Shown: positions 12,678 to 27,289 of the stretch, piece by piece
Position numbering within the stretch: the first letter of the stretch is position 1
How the letters are laid out: each line of letters begins with the position of its first letter
DNA from: Octopus sinensis
Taxonomy: Eukaryota
DNA length: 64,000 nt
Direction of reading: 5' to 3'
Assembly (NCBI RefSeq): GCF_006345805.1
Contig: NC_043000.1
Location: 145,390,001 to 145,454,000, forward strand
Notes under the pieces: model-generated
Seen by the model: the letters and a program-made list of their open reading frames with translations, nothing else
Told to the model about the DNA's origin: nothing
Databases searched by the model: none
Position numbers and translations under genes: made by a program

Positions 12678-14049
12678 TTTGGTGCATATATGCAATGCTT
12701 AGCATCGATCAAAATTCCTAGTGACAGGGAAAGAAGTGTGGGAAAGAACGTGACGTATGAGTGGTCTTTGTTAACGAAACAGAAAAGCTATATTTTTCCT
12801 TGACGTGTTTCTTAGGGTTGGTGCCAATATTACAAAAGCAGCTATCATCTGCATGTTGTTCATCTATTTTGATTTTTATATTTCTCTTCAGTCATTTAAA
12901 GATTTAATCTTTGTAAAAGATAAATGAAAGTAAAATCATTCACTTATAAACTATACGTTAATAAATACTGACATCATTCCCATCAAAGAAAACATACTAA
13001 TAATGAGTTTTCGCATATATGCATAGATATTGAGGACATAGAAATTAGCGTGGAAATATGCTGCAAGTACAATATTTTAATTCCTCTCCTTCTCTTTCCC
13101 TTTCTCTCTCCCTCATCCTCTTTTTAGCTCTCTATCCCTCTGTCTCCTCTATCTCTTTATATATATATATTTAGAGTGAGCTAAACAGACAGACGGATAA
13201 ATATAGTATATATACGCACACACACAAACTCAGCGACACACCCGCACATACACGCACACACATGTATATACATATATGCGCACATACATACACACATATA
13301 TGTTTACATGCATACATACACAGATGAACACATTCATATACATATACAAGATATATGTTAGTGTGTGTGCGTGTATGTATAGGCATGTATATAGATAGAT
13401 AGAAAGAGGGTAGGGTGAGAGATATTTCATAGAAGTATAACAAGCAACACACGGAAACTTTACGCACAAGACGTGAACAAGGTCAACCCTCATCAATTAC
13501 TGGCCACAAATCATCAGGATTTCGCACGCAGTCATCCCAAATATGATTTGACTCCACTGTTTTTCTTTCTACAGCTATATTATAATTTAACACATCTGAA
13601 TATAATAATTTAACACATCTGAATACTTAATCTAGTATTTAGTAGGCACGCCTTTGGTGTAATGCATTAACAAGTTTGAAGTACCAAACACCTATAAACC
13701 AGAATTATGAGAATTGTCTTGGAGGAATGAACGGATAATCCGGAGAAAAGCACGTGGAACACATTGCATTTCACGTCGCCCTACGATCACTTCGACACAT
13801 GATGCATGGTGTACTGCGTACTTGTTCAGGCAATGGTGATTTGACAGAGGGCGTGGAATAATGTACAGCACATGCATATGAACACTACAAGCAAATCCTT
13901 TATGAATGACGTTCAGCAAAAACGCTGAACAATTATACATCGTCTTCTGCGGGAGAGTCCATTATTTTCTCTAGTATTCAGCTCTTACTGCAATCAGTGG
14001 CCTATTCAAACGTCGTTGAAACCCCGCCTTGTGCCACACTGGATACCGG

Positions 14050-14640
14050 TATGAGATGTGGAAGTCACTATAGAGCACGATTTGTGGTTGCATGTCTCAT
14101 TTTACTGTGGTCATCTCTCTATCTATATCCGATCGCCTCAGCCTCTTCTGGGAAGTACTGGTCTAGAAACGCTTTCTTTTCATGCGTCCCATCTATTCTG
14201 TGCCCTTTCTTTGTTCCCAATTCATTTATCTTACCACCTACCATTTCCGCACAAAAAATTCCCCTCTCACAGGGGTCATACATGGCATTTGCCACATTCC
14301 ATATAATACCAAACCAACCGCTTCCCACGTCATCTACTGCTTTAAACATTTCTTCTGCCTCGCCTTGTACAATGGGTGTACTGTTTGGCCGAACGATTCA
14401 TGGAATGACTTCGCAACATCTGGCTCGTAAACCAGAGCTGTCACTTAAAACCTCCGCTCCGTGGAACACTCAACTGAATGCATGCAATGTTTGGATTAGC
14501 TTTATACAACGGATCCGGTAACTGTAGAATTCGCAGTGGATAGATTTTGATTTCTTTTCTGCCAAATGCCCATACACTTTGGCTTCGTTTTCCCACCTAT
14601 CTTCCACTAAACCCCCTCTGTCACACCACAAACATGTTCC
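14050..14640 (-). mobile_element. Highly decayed RTE-like LINE RT C-terminal remnant
   Basis: Scattered motif-like peptides in shifting frames (VFHGAE for LLYGAE, KSFHE, GIFCAEMVGGK). Confidence 0.35.
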
Positions 14641-15015
14641 ATTGACACTCAAACACTCACGACATAAAATATATCACTATTTGTGTTTAATATGTACACT
14701 CACATTACAGTATGACATATATATATACCAGCATCCACTTACAGAGAGGGGATAGACAAAATCGAGTTACTGCTATTGTTAAAAGTACAAGAAGAATAAA
14801 GAACATACAGGAAATTGTGTGAAAATTACTATACTACATCTGAGGAAGCAATAGCTTTTCATCAAAAATATAGAATGTGCAAATAGCTGTAACTTTTTGC
14901 ACCCGTTTTTATCTAAACGTTAACCGTACACCTACAAATGAGCACAATTACGAATAATCTTAATAATACTAATAATGATGGTTATAATAGTAATAATAAT
15001 AATAATAATAATGAA

Positions 15016-15320
15016 GGCGCAATGGCCCAGCGTTTAGGGCAGCGGACTCGCGGTTGTAGGATCGCGGTTTCGATTCCCAGACCGGACGTTGTGAGTTTTT
15101 ATTGAGCAAAAACACCTAAAGCTCCACGAGGTTCCGACAGCGGGTGGTGGCTATCCCCGCTGTACTGTTTCGCCACAACTTTCTCTCACTCTTTCTTCTG
15201 TTGGCCTGCTCGCGTAGCCAAATGGGTGGCGTCATTTGAAGGCTAAACCAATGCGAAGCGCATTGTGACCAGTGATGTGTAGCAACATCTGATAGCCTGG
15301 TCGGTCACGGTGATCACGAT
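15016..15320 (+). mobile_element. tRNA-derived SINE family C
   Basis: Head GGCGCAATGGCCCAGCGTTTAGG (A box) and GGTTTCGATTCCC (B box); (GAT/TAA)n tail; inserted in (TAA)n. Confidence 0.8.
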
Positions 15321-16038
15321 GATAATAATAATAATAATGATGATGATATAATTAATAATTAGGGATAAATCAACTTGGCCAGTATCATTAGAATATACTA
15401 TATATACATAATTATGTTTAAGATCTTCTCACCATAAAAAACCTTCGAGTATAAGAATGAAGTGGTATTAAAAACTTGAGATTGATGATGATCTATTAAT
15501 CTAGATGCATATTCTCAATATTACTCAGCGCTATACCTAGACATGGAGTTGCTTCGCAACTTTGAGTGATTCTTATATTTATCTCTTAATGCATAACCAT
15601 TCGCAGCATAATCACATCCGAATAAATCAATTCCAGCATAAATCACATACAGCATAAATCTTTGATTAATTTCATAGTCGATTAAAATGCTTCTGAAATT
15701 GTTCGTAACACATCACTTGTCCCGTTGGAGCGTTTAATTTTGTTCGCTTTGTTATAAACATTCAAGACATGGTTCCAATTGCGGCAAAATACGTTTTCTT
15801 TTCTTTTCTTTTTTCGTTCTTTTTTCGATATCTTTCCCCTAAAGCCAACACAGGCCCCCAAACGGTAATGGACGTATCTATCCAGAGCCCAGAATTCTTT
15901 TTCTTTTTTGAAGTATGTCTTTTTGTCTCCGTTCTTTACTTTTTCTCGTATTATATTTCTCTTTAACGAGCAAAAACTTAATTTTGTATATGATGATAAC
16001 ATTTTTAAATGTAATAGTATATTTTGTTATTTTCAAAC

Positions 16039-16095
<57 letters not shown>

Positions 16096-16476
16096 TATAA
16101 GTGGGTTTATTTACTTCACAGTGTATTGCAGTCTTTCTCTATAAGAAAAATCCCGTCGTTCCTTTCGCAGCACTGTATTCTGTCATACCCTAATATATCT
16201 AACTGGAACCATAGTTTTCATGGGTGGTATACATTTTGTGTTTAATAACTCTTAATTCATTACGATAGTTATATTCTAACTTATCTTATGGTGAAGTGAC
16301 ATTAAACGTTAATGTGTGTATATAGTTTATTATTCTAATACGGGCCAAGTTTATTTCACCTTAATTATCAATTGTGTTGTCACTATTATTATTACTATAA
16401 CCATCATCATTAGGATTATTGACATAATTATTACCATTGTCATGATTGATATTATGTGTTATTGTTGTCATTTTAT

Positions 16477-16520
<44 letters not shown>

Positions 16521-16677
16521 GAAACAGGTTCCATTACAGCACTTTGTAAGCGTTAAACTCACATTATCTTTCTGATACTTTGTTTATGTAGTCGGTCTCT
16601 CACATTATATTCTGATATATATTAATATATTAATATTATCTCACTATTTTATTTATTTAGCATTGTCACTATCATTA

Positions 16678-16678
16678 T

Positions 16679-16721
<43 letters not shown>

Positions 16722-16809
16722 GTCATCATCACCGTCATCATCATCAGCACCATCATCGTCATCATCATCATCATTATCTTCATACCACCGGTACCATCAT
16801 CATCATTAT

Positions 16810-16850
<41 letters not shown>
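16678..16850. repeat. (ATC)n microsatellite, imperfect
   Basis: Direct reading. Confidence 0.9.
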
Positions 16851-16852
<2 letters not shown>

Positions 16853-18419
16853 TTCTTGTTCTTCTTCTTCTGTATTATTTTAGCCCCTTAAGCTTATATG
16901 TTACCATTAGAAATAGTAGTATTAGTTTCGCTACTCCATTTATACTATTAGTGGTAGTAGCATTACATTTATTGTTTCGTTACTTGAAATATAAACCACT
17001 TACATTCCATTAATTGTAAAAGAGTGAATTGAAACAGACGCATAGAAAACTATATAGTATTTCCGAGTGTTTCCTGAAACGAGAATAGTTTCATTTCCAT
17101 CAAAGGATTCTGAAGAATTATCCTGATAATTAAGCTAATGTACATGATTTCAGATATGCAAGGAACACGAATTCATCTAAACATCAAGTAGACATTTTAC
17201 AACTTGTGAGGCAAAATTCTATTAACGAATGTCATATACAAAAACGGAATCTATGTAATGGATTCTCGTCAATGAGTTCTTTAAAATCTGTACTTTTCTC
17301 ATATAAACATTAATTATGGTCTCTGAATTTAATCCAGTCTTCACTTTATATTTCGCAATTTTCGGATTATATTGATATTTACACTTCTTTCTAATATTTC
17401 AGACTTGAATTGAATTCATGCTTTATGCAACAACATACTAAACTCCTTCATCTATTTGCTCTATGGAAATATCGAGCTCATTGAGTTTACACGTACGGTT
17501 AAATATCATTGAACTTTGAAATTGCTAATAATTTCCGGTAAAGAATCATGTGTGTACATCTCTAACATGTGTTCATGTCGAAACTTTGAAATTTCTAAAT
17601 AATTTACATTTATAGAGATTGCTGCAAAAATTTGCAAAATCTTCTGTAGAAAGGAAATCGTTCTTGATCTTTCAATTCATTCCATCGTTTAGACTCGGTT
17701 GTATGTATATATTTTTGAATTTTTGGCGGGGGTATTAGTGAATGTATTGGATTGGTTTAAGAAGAGAAATATTTATTTTCTCATTTTGCTGTAGTGTAGA
17801 AATTATAATATTGCCATAGTAATCAGTGATAAGTAAAAGGATTGTTCTTTTTCTATATTCCACAAGCATTCGGAGCCCAAAAAATATATGACATACGACT
17901 GCATACCGGTTTTATGTCTCACATTTCAAAATACTTACCATCCTGAAAATAACGTATTGGTTTCCTTGAGACAGGAAGTGGTAAGATGTTTGCTTTCCAG
18001 CCACGTGTTTCCAGCTTTTTAACAACCAAATGTGAATGTTATACGCAAAACATGGAAAGTTTCAAATAATATATCCCTTTCCCGGTGTATGAAAGAAGCG
18101 TCCTAACATAATGCGTTTAACTATTATTTTTGCTTTATTTTTCATTTTTTTTTTAGATCAAATCTATAATTTCAGTTGATCCTATAGGTAATTAAATGCT
18201 TACGATCTTACATATTACAAAATTGTATCTTACATTACTTTGCTCTCTGAAAGAGAATAGATGGAAAATGTATAAATAATGTATTAATGATTTGTTCTAT
18301 AAGGGAATATGGAAAAGTTGCTGCCAACTTGCAACAAAAAATATTAGAATAAATATCTATTTAAAATCTAAACCAGAAATGTTTGTTAGTTTTCTCTTAT
18401 TCCATGTGGAACATTGATC

Positions 18420-18890
18420 AGTAACAAAAGATCTTCATCGTTTGTGGTCTTCAGCAAGAGATTTGTCATCCTCCCAATTCAACTCCACGTCCTTTACATC
18501 CTTCAGAACTGTCCTCTTCAATGTTATTAATGGGTGGCCATGTTTCATTTTACCACCCTCTGGCTTCCAATCGAGGGAGAGCTGTGAGTTTCCTGTTGGT
18601 GACTTTCCTAAGACATGTCCAAGAAACCTCAGACGACGATCTTTTACTGTGGTGCTTCGTAGTTTCAGCTTGGTTTATCCATAGATGCTTTCGTTTGTTA
18701 TTCTGTCTTGCCAAACGTCATTAAGAACATTTCAGCAGCACCTCTGGTGGAATTCATCTACCTTGTAAATGAGCTCTGCCGTCATCTTCCACATTTCACT
18801 GGTATAGATGGCAATTGTAATAATAAAAGAACTGTACAAAGTTCTGAAAGTGGCCTGATATGATTGCAAAGAATTTAGCTTTGACTGAAT
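18420..18890 (-). mobile_element. RTE-clade LINE 3' fragment
   Basis: Minus-strand peptide YTSEMWKMT..DEFHQRC..RRLRFLGHVL..WKPEGGKMKHGHP..TVLKD, a typical RTE post-RT region. Confidence 0.7.
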
Positions 18891-20059
18891 TTCGCATTTG
18901 TTACAACTATTTTTATTACATTTTAATTCTATTTCGAATGATATACATCCTCATAATTGTTAGATTGTTATTAGTGAGAAAAGAAACAATAATTATTATG
19001 TTGCTCTAATTGAATAGCACTATCGGACCGTAGGTGGATTTAGTGGAGCTGAAATATTGGAGATGATATTGGACTGAGATGAAAAACAGAGAGTGATTTG
19101 TTTTAGTTGTGAGAATTGGTATTAGGACCGGCAGTAGCAGCGGAAGGTGAAGCTAATGGTAATGTTGTCCTGCTGCTACTGCTGCAGATGATGATGATGA
19201 TGATCATCATCATCATCATTATCATCATCCACTTTCATCCTCCTCCTCCTCCTCATCATCATCATCATCATCTTCGTCATCATCGTCAGCAATATATATG
19301 TCCCTTTGCCATTGGTAGGGATGATGGAATCTGAGGAGAAAATATGCTCAAAGAGCTGTGAAAGGATGGACAGTCACGAGTCACTGAGATTAGCAAGAGA
19401 TAGCAGTTGTTATTTTTGTTGTTCATTTTGTTACTGTTGCTGTTGAACAGCACCAGAATAAAATATGGAACTGAGGTTGTCATCGTAATTTTTGGCGATA
19501 AAAGGAGTTTCAGATCTGCTTTATTTTTACTTTCATATCGTTTCGTCATGATGGTCGTTTTTGTAGAGAGCACAATTTTGATAGCAATGATAATGAACCA
19601 TATTACGTCTTTTCTGCTTCGGAGAAACCGAACCGGACATTCACCATTGTATCGATTTCATTTTCGGCCCAGTTATATTTGCTATACACATGGGATATAT
19701 TCATTGTTATGCGTGATTATACAGTGATATTTGTGAAGTGATTTTCTCTTTATTTATTATTTTTCCAGGCTTAAATTATTTTGGCAAGCTGTTCAGAATT
19801 ATTCTTTCAAAATAGACTATAACAAATTCCATTTTGATAGTTGCTTGGCATAAGTAGATCCTTCTAAGAAAGAAAAAAGGAAGGGAACCCGCTGTTGAAC
19901 ATCGAATATACGAAACTTGATTTAATCTTCAATTTATTATTAGATACTCAGAAACTTAGATAAATTGCGGTCTGAATTAGCGCAAGCCATGACTAACTTT
20001 GTAGTATCATCTGGAATAGACATTTAATTACGTTTCATATTAAAATCATTCTCTAGACA

Positions 20060-20400
20060 CCATAGCCCATTCAAGTAAAGAGTTATTGTTTGCAGAAATG
20101 TATCTGGATATACGTGATTTATCTGGAATTTGTTGGAAGTATTCATTCAGGTGCCGCTTGAATCTCAGACTTTTTAGTGCCCAGTGTTTGTGTTTTAGAG
20201 CAATGTTAAAGAGATTAGAACCACTTGAGATGAAATACTTCGGTGTTACTGTTGTGATGTGAAGTAAGCAGGGATTTCTTTTTTGTTTTTTGTAGTTCGA
20301 ATAGCACAGGGTGGTGCCATTTGTGCGAACATGTGCGAGTACATTTGCTGTTTATTTGCTCCTGAAAGCTGACAATATTTTTGACTGTGTCGATCGAAAA
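20060..20400 (-). mobile_element. CR1/L2-like LINE 3' remnant
   Basis: Peptide SSGSNLFNI..FKRHLNEYFQQIPD..NNNSLLEW resembles CR1 ORF2 C-termini. Confidence 0.5.
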
Positions 20401-21405
20401 TATAAGACCAATATTTGTTTGCATTTCAGTCCAGAAAACTTCGTTGTTTATATATTATGTACTTATAGATATTACATTTCCTTAGTTCCACAATGGGAAT
20501 TATTTGGCGATTATTAAGGTGAGTCACTTTTGCAACTGACTAACAGAGTAGTAACAAAAATTCGTCTGGGATAATACCTTTCGAAATAAGGAAATAATTT
20601 GAATCTGAAGATGAAATCATTTGTTGGTCTCGAATATTATTCACATAAGGTTACACAGAACGTTGTATTACAAATTATTCACATACAATTACAGAACTGA
20701 GTTTAATAAGTTTAATGTTAAATGTGTCATCAAATTTTCTAAATTTTGAGATTATTTTAAAAGAACAATAAGAAATTCATAAACATTTCACATTCATTTA
20801 ATAGAAGAATAAGTATATGCATTTTGATAAATATGAAAAAATAAAAGAATTGGATGTACGTGACAGGAATTAATATCAGCTTTAAAAGCTAAATTAAACC
20901 CGTTTCTTAAGATTTGAAACATAAGAACAAGAAATAAAATCGAATACTCAAAGACGGTCTAAAAAGGAAGTGTATTACGAAGAATAAATATTAAATATAT
21001 TTAATACACTAGTACATACTAAAGAAACACACTATGGTGGTTTCTTAAGCGGATATCGTTGAAATAATACATAATACACTATTATGCGATAAGAATAGGC
21101 AAATAAAATTGATGTAAGGCAAAATTTAAAGAAATTGACCAAGGCACACATTCTAATAAACGAATCAGAAGATCTATTAAGTAAATTCTTTAAAATTGTA
21201 CTGGCCAAATGACAATTTCTTTTGATTGAGAATACTGTATTATCTACAATAATTAATTATCTATAATAATTAGATATCAAGAGCAACTGTGTATTTTTTC
21301 TTTATGAATGCGAGTAAAAATTAGATCGTTTTCTATTATCTTTAAAAAAAGTACAATTTCATATAAAACATCAAATAAAATCCTTCCATCACAAATTTCA
21401 TACTT

Positions 21406-21463
<58 letters not shown>

Positions 21464-22659
21464 GCTGCTGGTCATGGCATATGTCACTTTGAATACGATT
21501 AAGTCGAGAACGAAATAGGAGTTACTACCTAAATATGTCTTCTACAACCTTAACCGTGCAGCAAATTTCGGGATATAACAACTCATAACAAAATAAAACA
21601 ATGTCGTGAAGATCGATAAATTTATGCAGTAAAAATCCGAAATAAAAGAAATTGTAACAAATGAAGTACCCAAAGATTTCACCAGTATCTATTTATGTAT
21701 AAACAAATGAGCGTTTGTATAAATAAACCTCTCCCCTTATAAAACAATATATTAAGCAGAATCGTGTCTCAAAGATTTACTTACAAATATCTATTATCCA
21801 TCGTAAGAACACTAAATGCAATAGGATATAAGGCGGAGCCAAAGGACAGAAACCCTCTTTTTCGACTGCTGATATTCTGAATCTGCAAAATGCCAAAATC
21901 ATCATTTCAAAATTTTAATTTCTTTAGCAGATTCGGATTCTTCGCAGTCGAAAACGTGGGTTTCTGAAGAAAAAAAATTTAAAATAACCGAAATGGGTTG
22001 AGATCAATGCCGTTACCTTCCGCCGGGTATAACACGTAGATAGTTAAAAACAGAAATGGTTTTACATTTCATGGTGTTTTATCCATTGAGTATGTGTGAA
22101 AGTTACAAGTTGTTATTGAAAGCTATTTATTATAAGCTAAAATGCATACTTGTTAACGGAAAAAGAACACTGTCTTCAATGAGAATATTAGAACAAGTGA
22201 AATAAAGTACAAAAAGTGAGTTAACATTTTATGTACAAGACGATTGTCTACTGGTACATGTGTGAAAGGGCATGAAAATATTTTAGGATAATATCTTAAG
22301 GAAATAATCAATGAATATATATATATATATACTGAATATATAAATATTGTGAGAAAAATATGAATAGCTATATGATTAACTGTGTAGTCTGTTGCTTAGC
22401 GAATATCTCAGATAAATGTGCGTCTTACTAAGATTACTGCGCCTTGCAGATTACATAACCAATGATAAGAAAAAACAAAATTTGTGTTATTGTACTGAAA
22501 AACTCATACACTAGATACAAATTATTTGAACTTACAGATGTAAAAAGATACTTTTACAATATTGTGTAATATGAGATTAGAATGTGAATAAGATTTTGAA
22601 TAAATTTTATATGTATATAGCAGTCATAAGAAAAAGGAAATAAACTAGGAACGGTAGGA

Positions 22660-22794
22660 ACGCATCGAGCTCAATACGTCTGGTACTTCATTGTAACGTC
22701 CTTGCAAGGATGATGGACAAAATCGAACGCGCCAAAATGTGAATTCCAATTGTAAGAGACGAAAGAAATACAGCAAAGCATTTTCCCGAAGCGC

Positions 22795-22797
<3 letters not shown>
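22660..22797 (-). mobile_element. SINE family B, decayed
   Basis: Diverged match to the head and body of 28750-28980. Confidence 0.55.
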
Positions 22798-22838
<41 letters not shown>

Positions 22839-24459
22839 GCAGCTGGACGTGTTCTTCGCTGCTCTGACCAGTCAGCAGCTGAAGGCATAGAAAGACAATA
22901 CAACCCAGCAGGACAACTGAAAAATTATTCTCAAAGACTGGAATCTTAACAATTTCCTGTATTTTAAATTTCCATCAAAATAATCAGGTTTAAAAACTTT
23001 AATATCTACAACTTCTTTGAACACCTATCCTTTCCTTTCTCCCCGAGTATTCGAAAATGTTAACATCCTTTTTTATCCTAAGAACACTACAGTTTTCTCT
23101 GTTCGGACATACACTAGATCATCTTTAGTGAATTTTAAAACTTTAATATCTTCAGTTTTCTCTGAAAAATCTACTCTTCTTTTCTTTTTTTCCCTTTGTC
23201 CTTGAGTATTCAAAAATGTAAATATAGCTTTTATTGCAACAACACAATTAAATGCACGCAAAAAGTAAGAAGGTGAGCACCTGACAATATATAAGAACTT
23301 CACAATTATAAAAACTCTAAACAACAGTAAAACTTATAAGAAGAAAAAAATCAGAAATTCAAGAAGAACAAAGAGGAGAAGGAGGTGGAGGAGGAGGTGT
23401 TGTTTTCCTGTATTAACCACTAAGAGCAAAATGATATATTCCAGAGTAACATGTTTAGATAGTAAAATATCAGAAAAAAAGAAACAAAATAACTTTAAAA
23501 ATGAAAGATTCTCCCAAAAGAGGTAAGACTTTACGAAGGCTACTCGTGAAGAACCCACAAAACCACTGTCACATTAATCACTCGGATAAGTGTCCTTTCT
23601 TTACTTTCCTCCCTCAATCTTCAGGTGCATGCTCAGAACAAGCTGTTCGTTTGGGCTCTCCTTGCATCTTTCTAACAAATTAACCGTGAAACATCAACTT
23701 TCTCTCTACACTTATTTTCCTTTGTTTCTAACCACTCTTCATATCATCTTCCGGATTGCATTGTCCATGCAGACATAGTATTTCGGATGTCAAACAGAAG
23801 AACAGTTCAGTTCCTATGAGCATTCTTATAGAGATTATTGTGTAAATTACGAACATTCAAAGTGTAATGGTCCTCAATGATTATTTGTGACAGAAATTAA
23901 GAATCATTACTTTTTCTTCATGTACCAATTTCAGTTTCTGCTCTTTTCCACTATATATCCACAACTTTCTCACAAATAGATAAATAAATGAATATTATTG
24001 TATATAAACATTCATAGACAATGAAGGGACATTTCATGAAAACACAATTTTTAGAAGCCGAAATACTTAACAATTTCAACAATCACTTGGAAACCAACTA
24101 AATCAAAACAACAGCCAGCCAAACACTGACACACGAATATTTATGCGTCAAATATAAACAGAATATATGTAAAGAAATATTTACTTTCTATAAGAATGTT
24201 CTCACATGCATATATGCATGAGTTTCTATATTTACAAGAATTTTCCTTTCTGTTATGAAGCTTTATGCCTATATATGTATGTATGTATGTATGTATGCAT
24301 ATATGTATGTATATGTGTATGTATGTATGTATGTATGTATGTATGTATGTATGTATGTATGTATGTATGTATGTATGTATGTATGTATGTATGTATGTGC
24401 ATGTTCGTATGTTTGTGTATGTATTTAGTTATATGTATATATATAAAATTTAGCAGATA

Positions 24460-24496
<37 letters not shown>

Positions 24497-25319
24497 TCTA
24501 AAAGGACAACCAACGGTTGAAAACGGGAAATTTATCACAGAATGTGATTAGATTCAAATTTTTCCATTTAAACATAGTATTCCATGAATGTTAGATTTCA
24601 GAATATGAATGGTGTTTTTGCGCCAACACTACGCATAATTCTATGAAACACCACAGACAGATATGAATACGGCCATCACATCGATAACGCGTATTAAGTG
24701 TATGTTTTGTGCAAGCATCTACATCTCTGCGTATGTTTTTAAAATATCATATACACCACTTGAGTATGAGTATTGCAAATACAAGTGATTAATAGGTTTT
24801 GAACTACAAATAATCTCTAATCTTGTTATGCTATTCGTAATTCTAAGCTTTACAATAATAAAGACGACATCTAAACTCTCAAGCATTTCACTGAAAGACA
24901 GGATGTTTGTCTGCGAAAAAAAAATATTGACAACCAGTTTATCAACTACGAAACTAAACAAAATGATTTCTCTCTATATACACAATGCCGCTACTTGTTC
25001 AAATAGAAAATATATTAAAATGCATGTCTAGAGATGCCAACAAAATGACTACTCAGAACAGAAAGTAAATATATTGATTCTTCAATAAAATAATTTATCA
25101 TATAATTTACTAAAGAGATGCTTTTGTTTTTTGCTTCCCCTCTTCATATTTATCTTGTTGGCTTGTAAATTTTCTCCATTGTCTGCATTCTCCTACAATT
25201 TGTACTTTAGCTTATTTCTCAAAATTTTTTCAGTCTTCGAAACATACTCGCTGCACATATTTTGTCAATATCTGCGTGTTTCAAAAGCTGGATTACTGGA
25301 TAAAAAGGTTTTGGACATG

Positions 25320-25388
<69 letters not shown>

Positions 25389-25391
25389 TAT

Positions 25392-25620
25392 ATATAATAT
25401 ATTAAATTAGAGATAAAACCACTATTAGGCAAATCAAACAGTGAAAAGCATAAGCCAATACATAGAGGAAGAGGAAAAATGTTATTTTCTCGAACGAGTC
25501 ATCCTTTACCTTATTTCCGACCACCAGCCGAGTATACGTGTGGAAACAGCCAAAGTCAACATATTTCTTAATCCAAAACTAGACACGCTTCGGCAACTTT
25601 CATTTAGACTCTAAAATAAA
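25392..25620 (-). mobile_element. Penelope-like terminal fragment beside (TA)n
   Basis: AATTAGAGATAAAACCACTATT..GCAAATCAAAC is related to the reverse complement of about 11060-11100; faint hammerhead relic near 25590-25612. Confidence 0.45.
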
Positions 25621-25974
25621 AGAAATTTTACAACCATTCGCGGCGTTATAACTCGTAACATAGAAAGAGGAGTTGTTATTTTCATTCACGATTTCCTTAT
25701 CGCAGATATAAAGGACATATTTTGGAACTTTTCAGTTTGGCTGCCAAATTTTGAAAAATTCAAAGTTTATTAAAAATGTTTAAATCTTGGACATTAACGT
25801 AGTTTTCCAAGCTGAATCTCAGGAGGTATTTCACTTTTTCCAAAAGAATGTTTTAAAAGAGATATAGAGGTGAACATTTTGATACTTTTCACCCAGTCAG
25901 AAAGCAGGATTTAGAAGTGGTCATTTTGTGCTTGACAGCACTTGTTGTCAACTGCAAACAAATCGAATTCTGGT

Positions 25975-26403
25975 TTACATACTCTTTTACTCTTTACTCT
26001 TTTACTTGTTTCAGTCATTTGACCGCGGCCATGCTGGAGCACCGCCTTTTAATCGAGCAACTCGACCCCGGGACTTATTCTTTTGTAAGCCCAGTACTTA
26101 TTCTATCGGCCTCTTTTGCCGAACCGCTAAGTAACGGGGACATAAACACACCAGAATCGGTTGTCAAGCAATGCTAGGGGGACAAACACAGACACACAAA
26201 CATACACGCACACATGTATATATATATATATACATATATACGACGGGCTTCTTTCAGTTTCCGTCTACCAAATCCACTCACAAGGCTTTGGTCGGTCCGA
26301 GGCTATAGTAGAAGGCACTTACCCAAGGTGCCACGCAGTGGGACTGAACCCGGAACCATGTGGTTGGTAAGCAAGCTACATACCACACAGCCACTCCTGC
26401 GCC
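25975..26403 (-). mobile_element. SINE family A, near full length
   Basis: tRNA-like head (A box TGGCTGTGTGGTA, B box GGTTCAGTCCC), CORE-like CCTTGGGTAAGTG, internal microsatellite, repeat tail. Confidence 0.92.
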
Positions 26404-27289
26404 TATAATCTCTCCTCATAATCTCTCATACACCGCATAATCTCTCATAACATTTTTATTTTTAGTATTTTCAGAACAATTTTGCGTATTTGTATTCAAC
26501 ACACAGGAATTCATGCGATTATTCAAAAAGAAAGAAAAATTGTTTGGGTGCGTGATTTAAAGCCTATTTGGCTGTTATTTTTAGCACATCTTACGACCAC
26601 GTCAGTGAGTGGAAGATATTTGTTAACACGCGCTTTCTCGCAGTTCTCATGTTTGGCTTATTACTATGGATACAGGCATGAATACAGGCTTACGATTGGC
26701 TAAAATTACCCAAAATGTGCAAACTTTAACAGCTAATATCTATTTATTGTTTCAATGCATAATTAAATTTCGAAGCAGCGATTAGACTATAAAACCGTAT
26801 CATTACATTGAATACGAAATCGATTCGAGAAGGAATTGAAGATATTGAAAATTGGCAGCCAAACAGTAACGATCCAATATTTTCAAAATCTTACGGCGAA
26901 TCAGTGTTCATATACACCAACGGCAATGACCTCTCTATGATCGGCCTTTATAGATCAATCATCTCTAGTTTGCTTCCAATATTACTAAAACTGTAAACTA
27001 TTCATCTAGCAATGGAACAGTAAACAACAAAGGGCCTAAAATTAAAGAGAAGTATATTATGAGGCACCGAGATGACAAAACAATAAATTAGATATATATT
27101 GAAACGTATGGTGAAAAACTGAAAGAGAATGTGCAATGAAAATACATATGCTGAATGAAAACTGCAAGATATATGGGGTCCTGCCTCAAGTATACACTAA
27201 TAGCAAATCGTATTAAAACTATAGATGGAGGCAAAAACAGAAATGGAATAGCGACCATCTCATTCAAGCAAACAATATTAATACATGTG

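Noticed and set aside
15016-15085. tRNA gene
   Set aside because: tRNA-like A/B boxes continue directly into a SINE body and repeat tail, and the acceptor stem does not close.
17100-17700. Possible hAT transposase relic on the minus strand
   Set aside because: Only vague resemblance with many stops; not supportable without a profile search.
19020-19730. Relatively GC-rich stretch with acidic/His runs that looked like a host exon
   Set aside because: All frames hit stops quickly. The runs are (ATC)/(CCT) microsatellites, and the flanks (LSILSQLFEHIFSS, VLIPILTTKTNHS) look more like a very old LINE RT relic.
20275-20400. Polypyrimidine tract plus AG resembling a splice acceptor
   Set aside because: No convincing exon follows, and the region reads better as a CR1-like remnant on the opposite strand.
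23340-23526. Open frame ending in AG|GTAAG
   Set aside because: Low-complexity purine-rich peptide with no recognisable domain, no acceptor and no partner exons.
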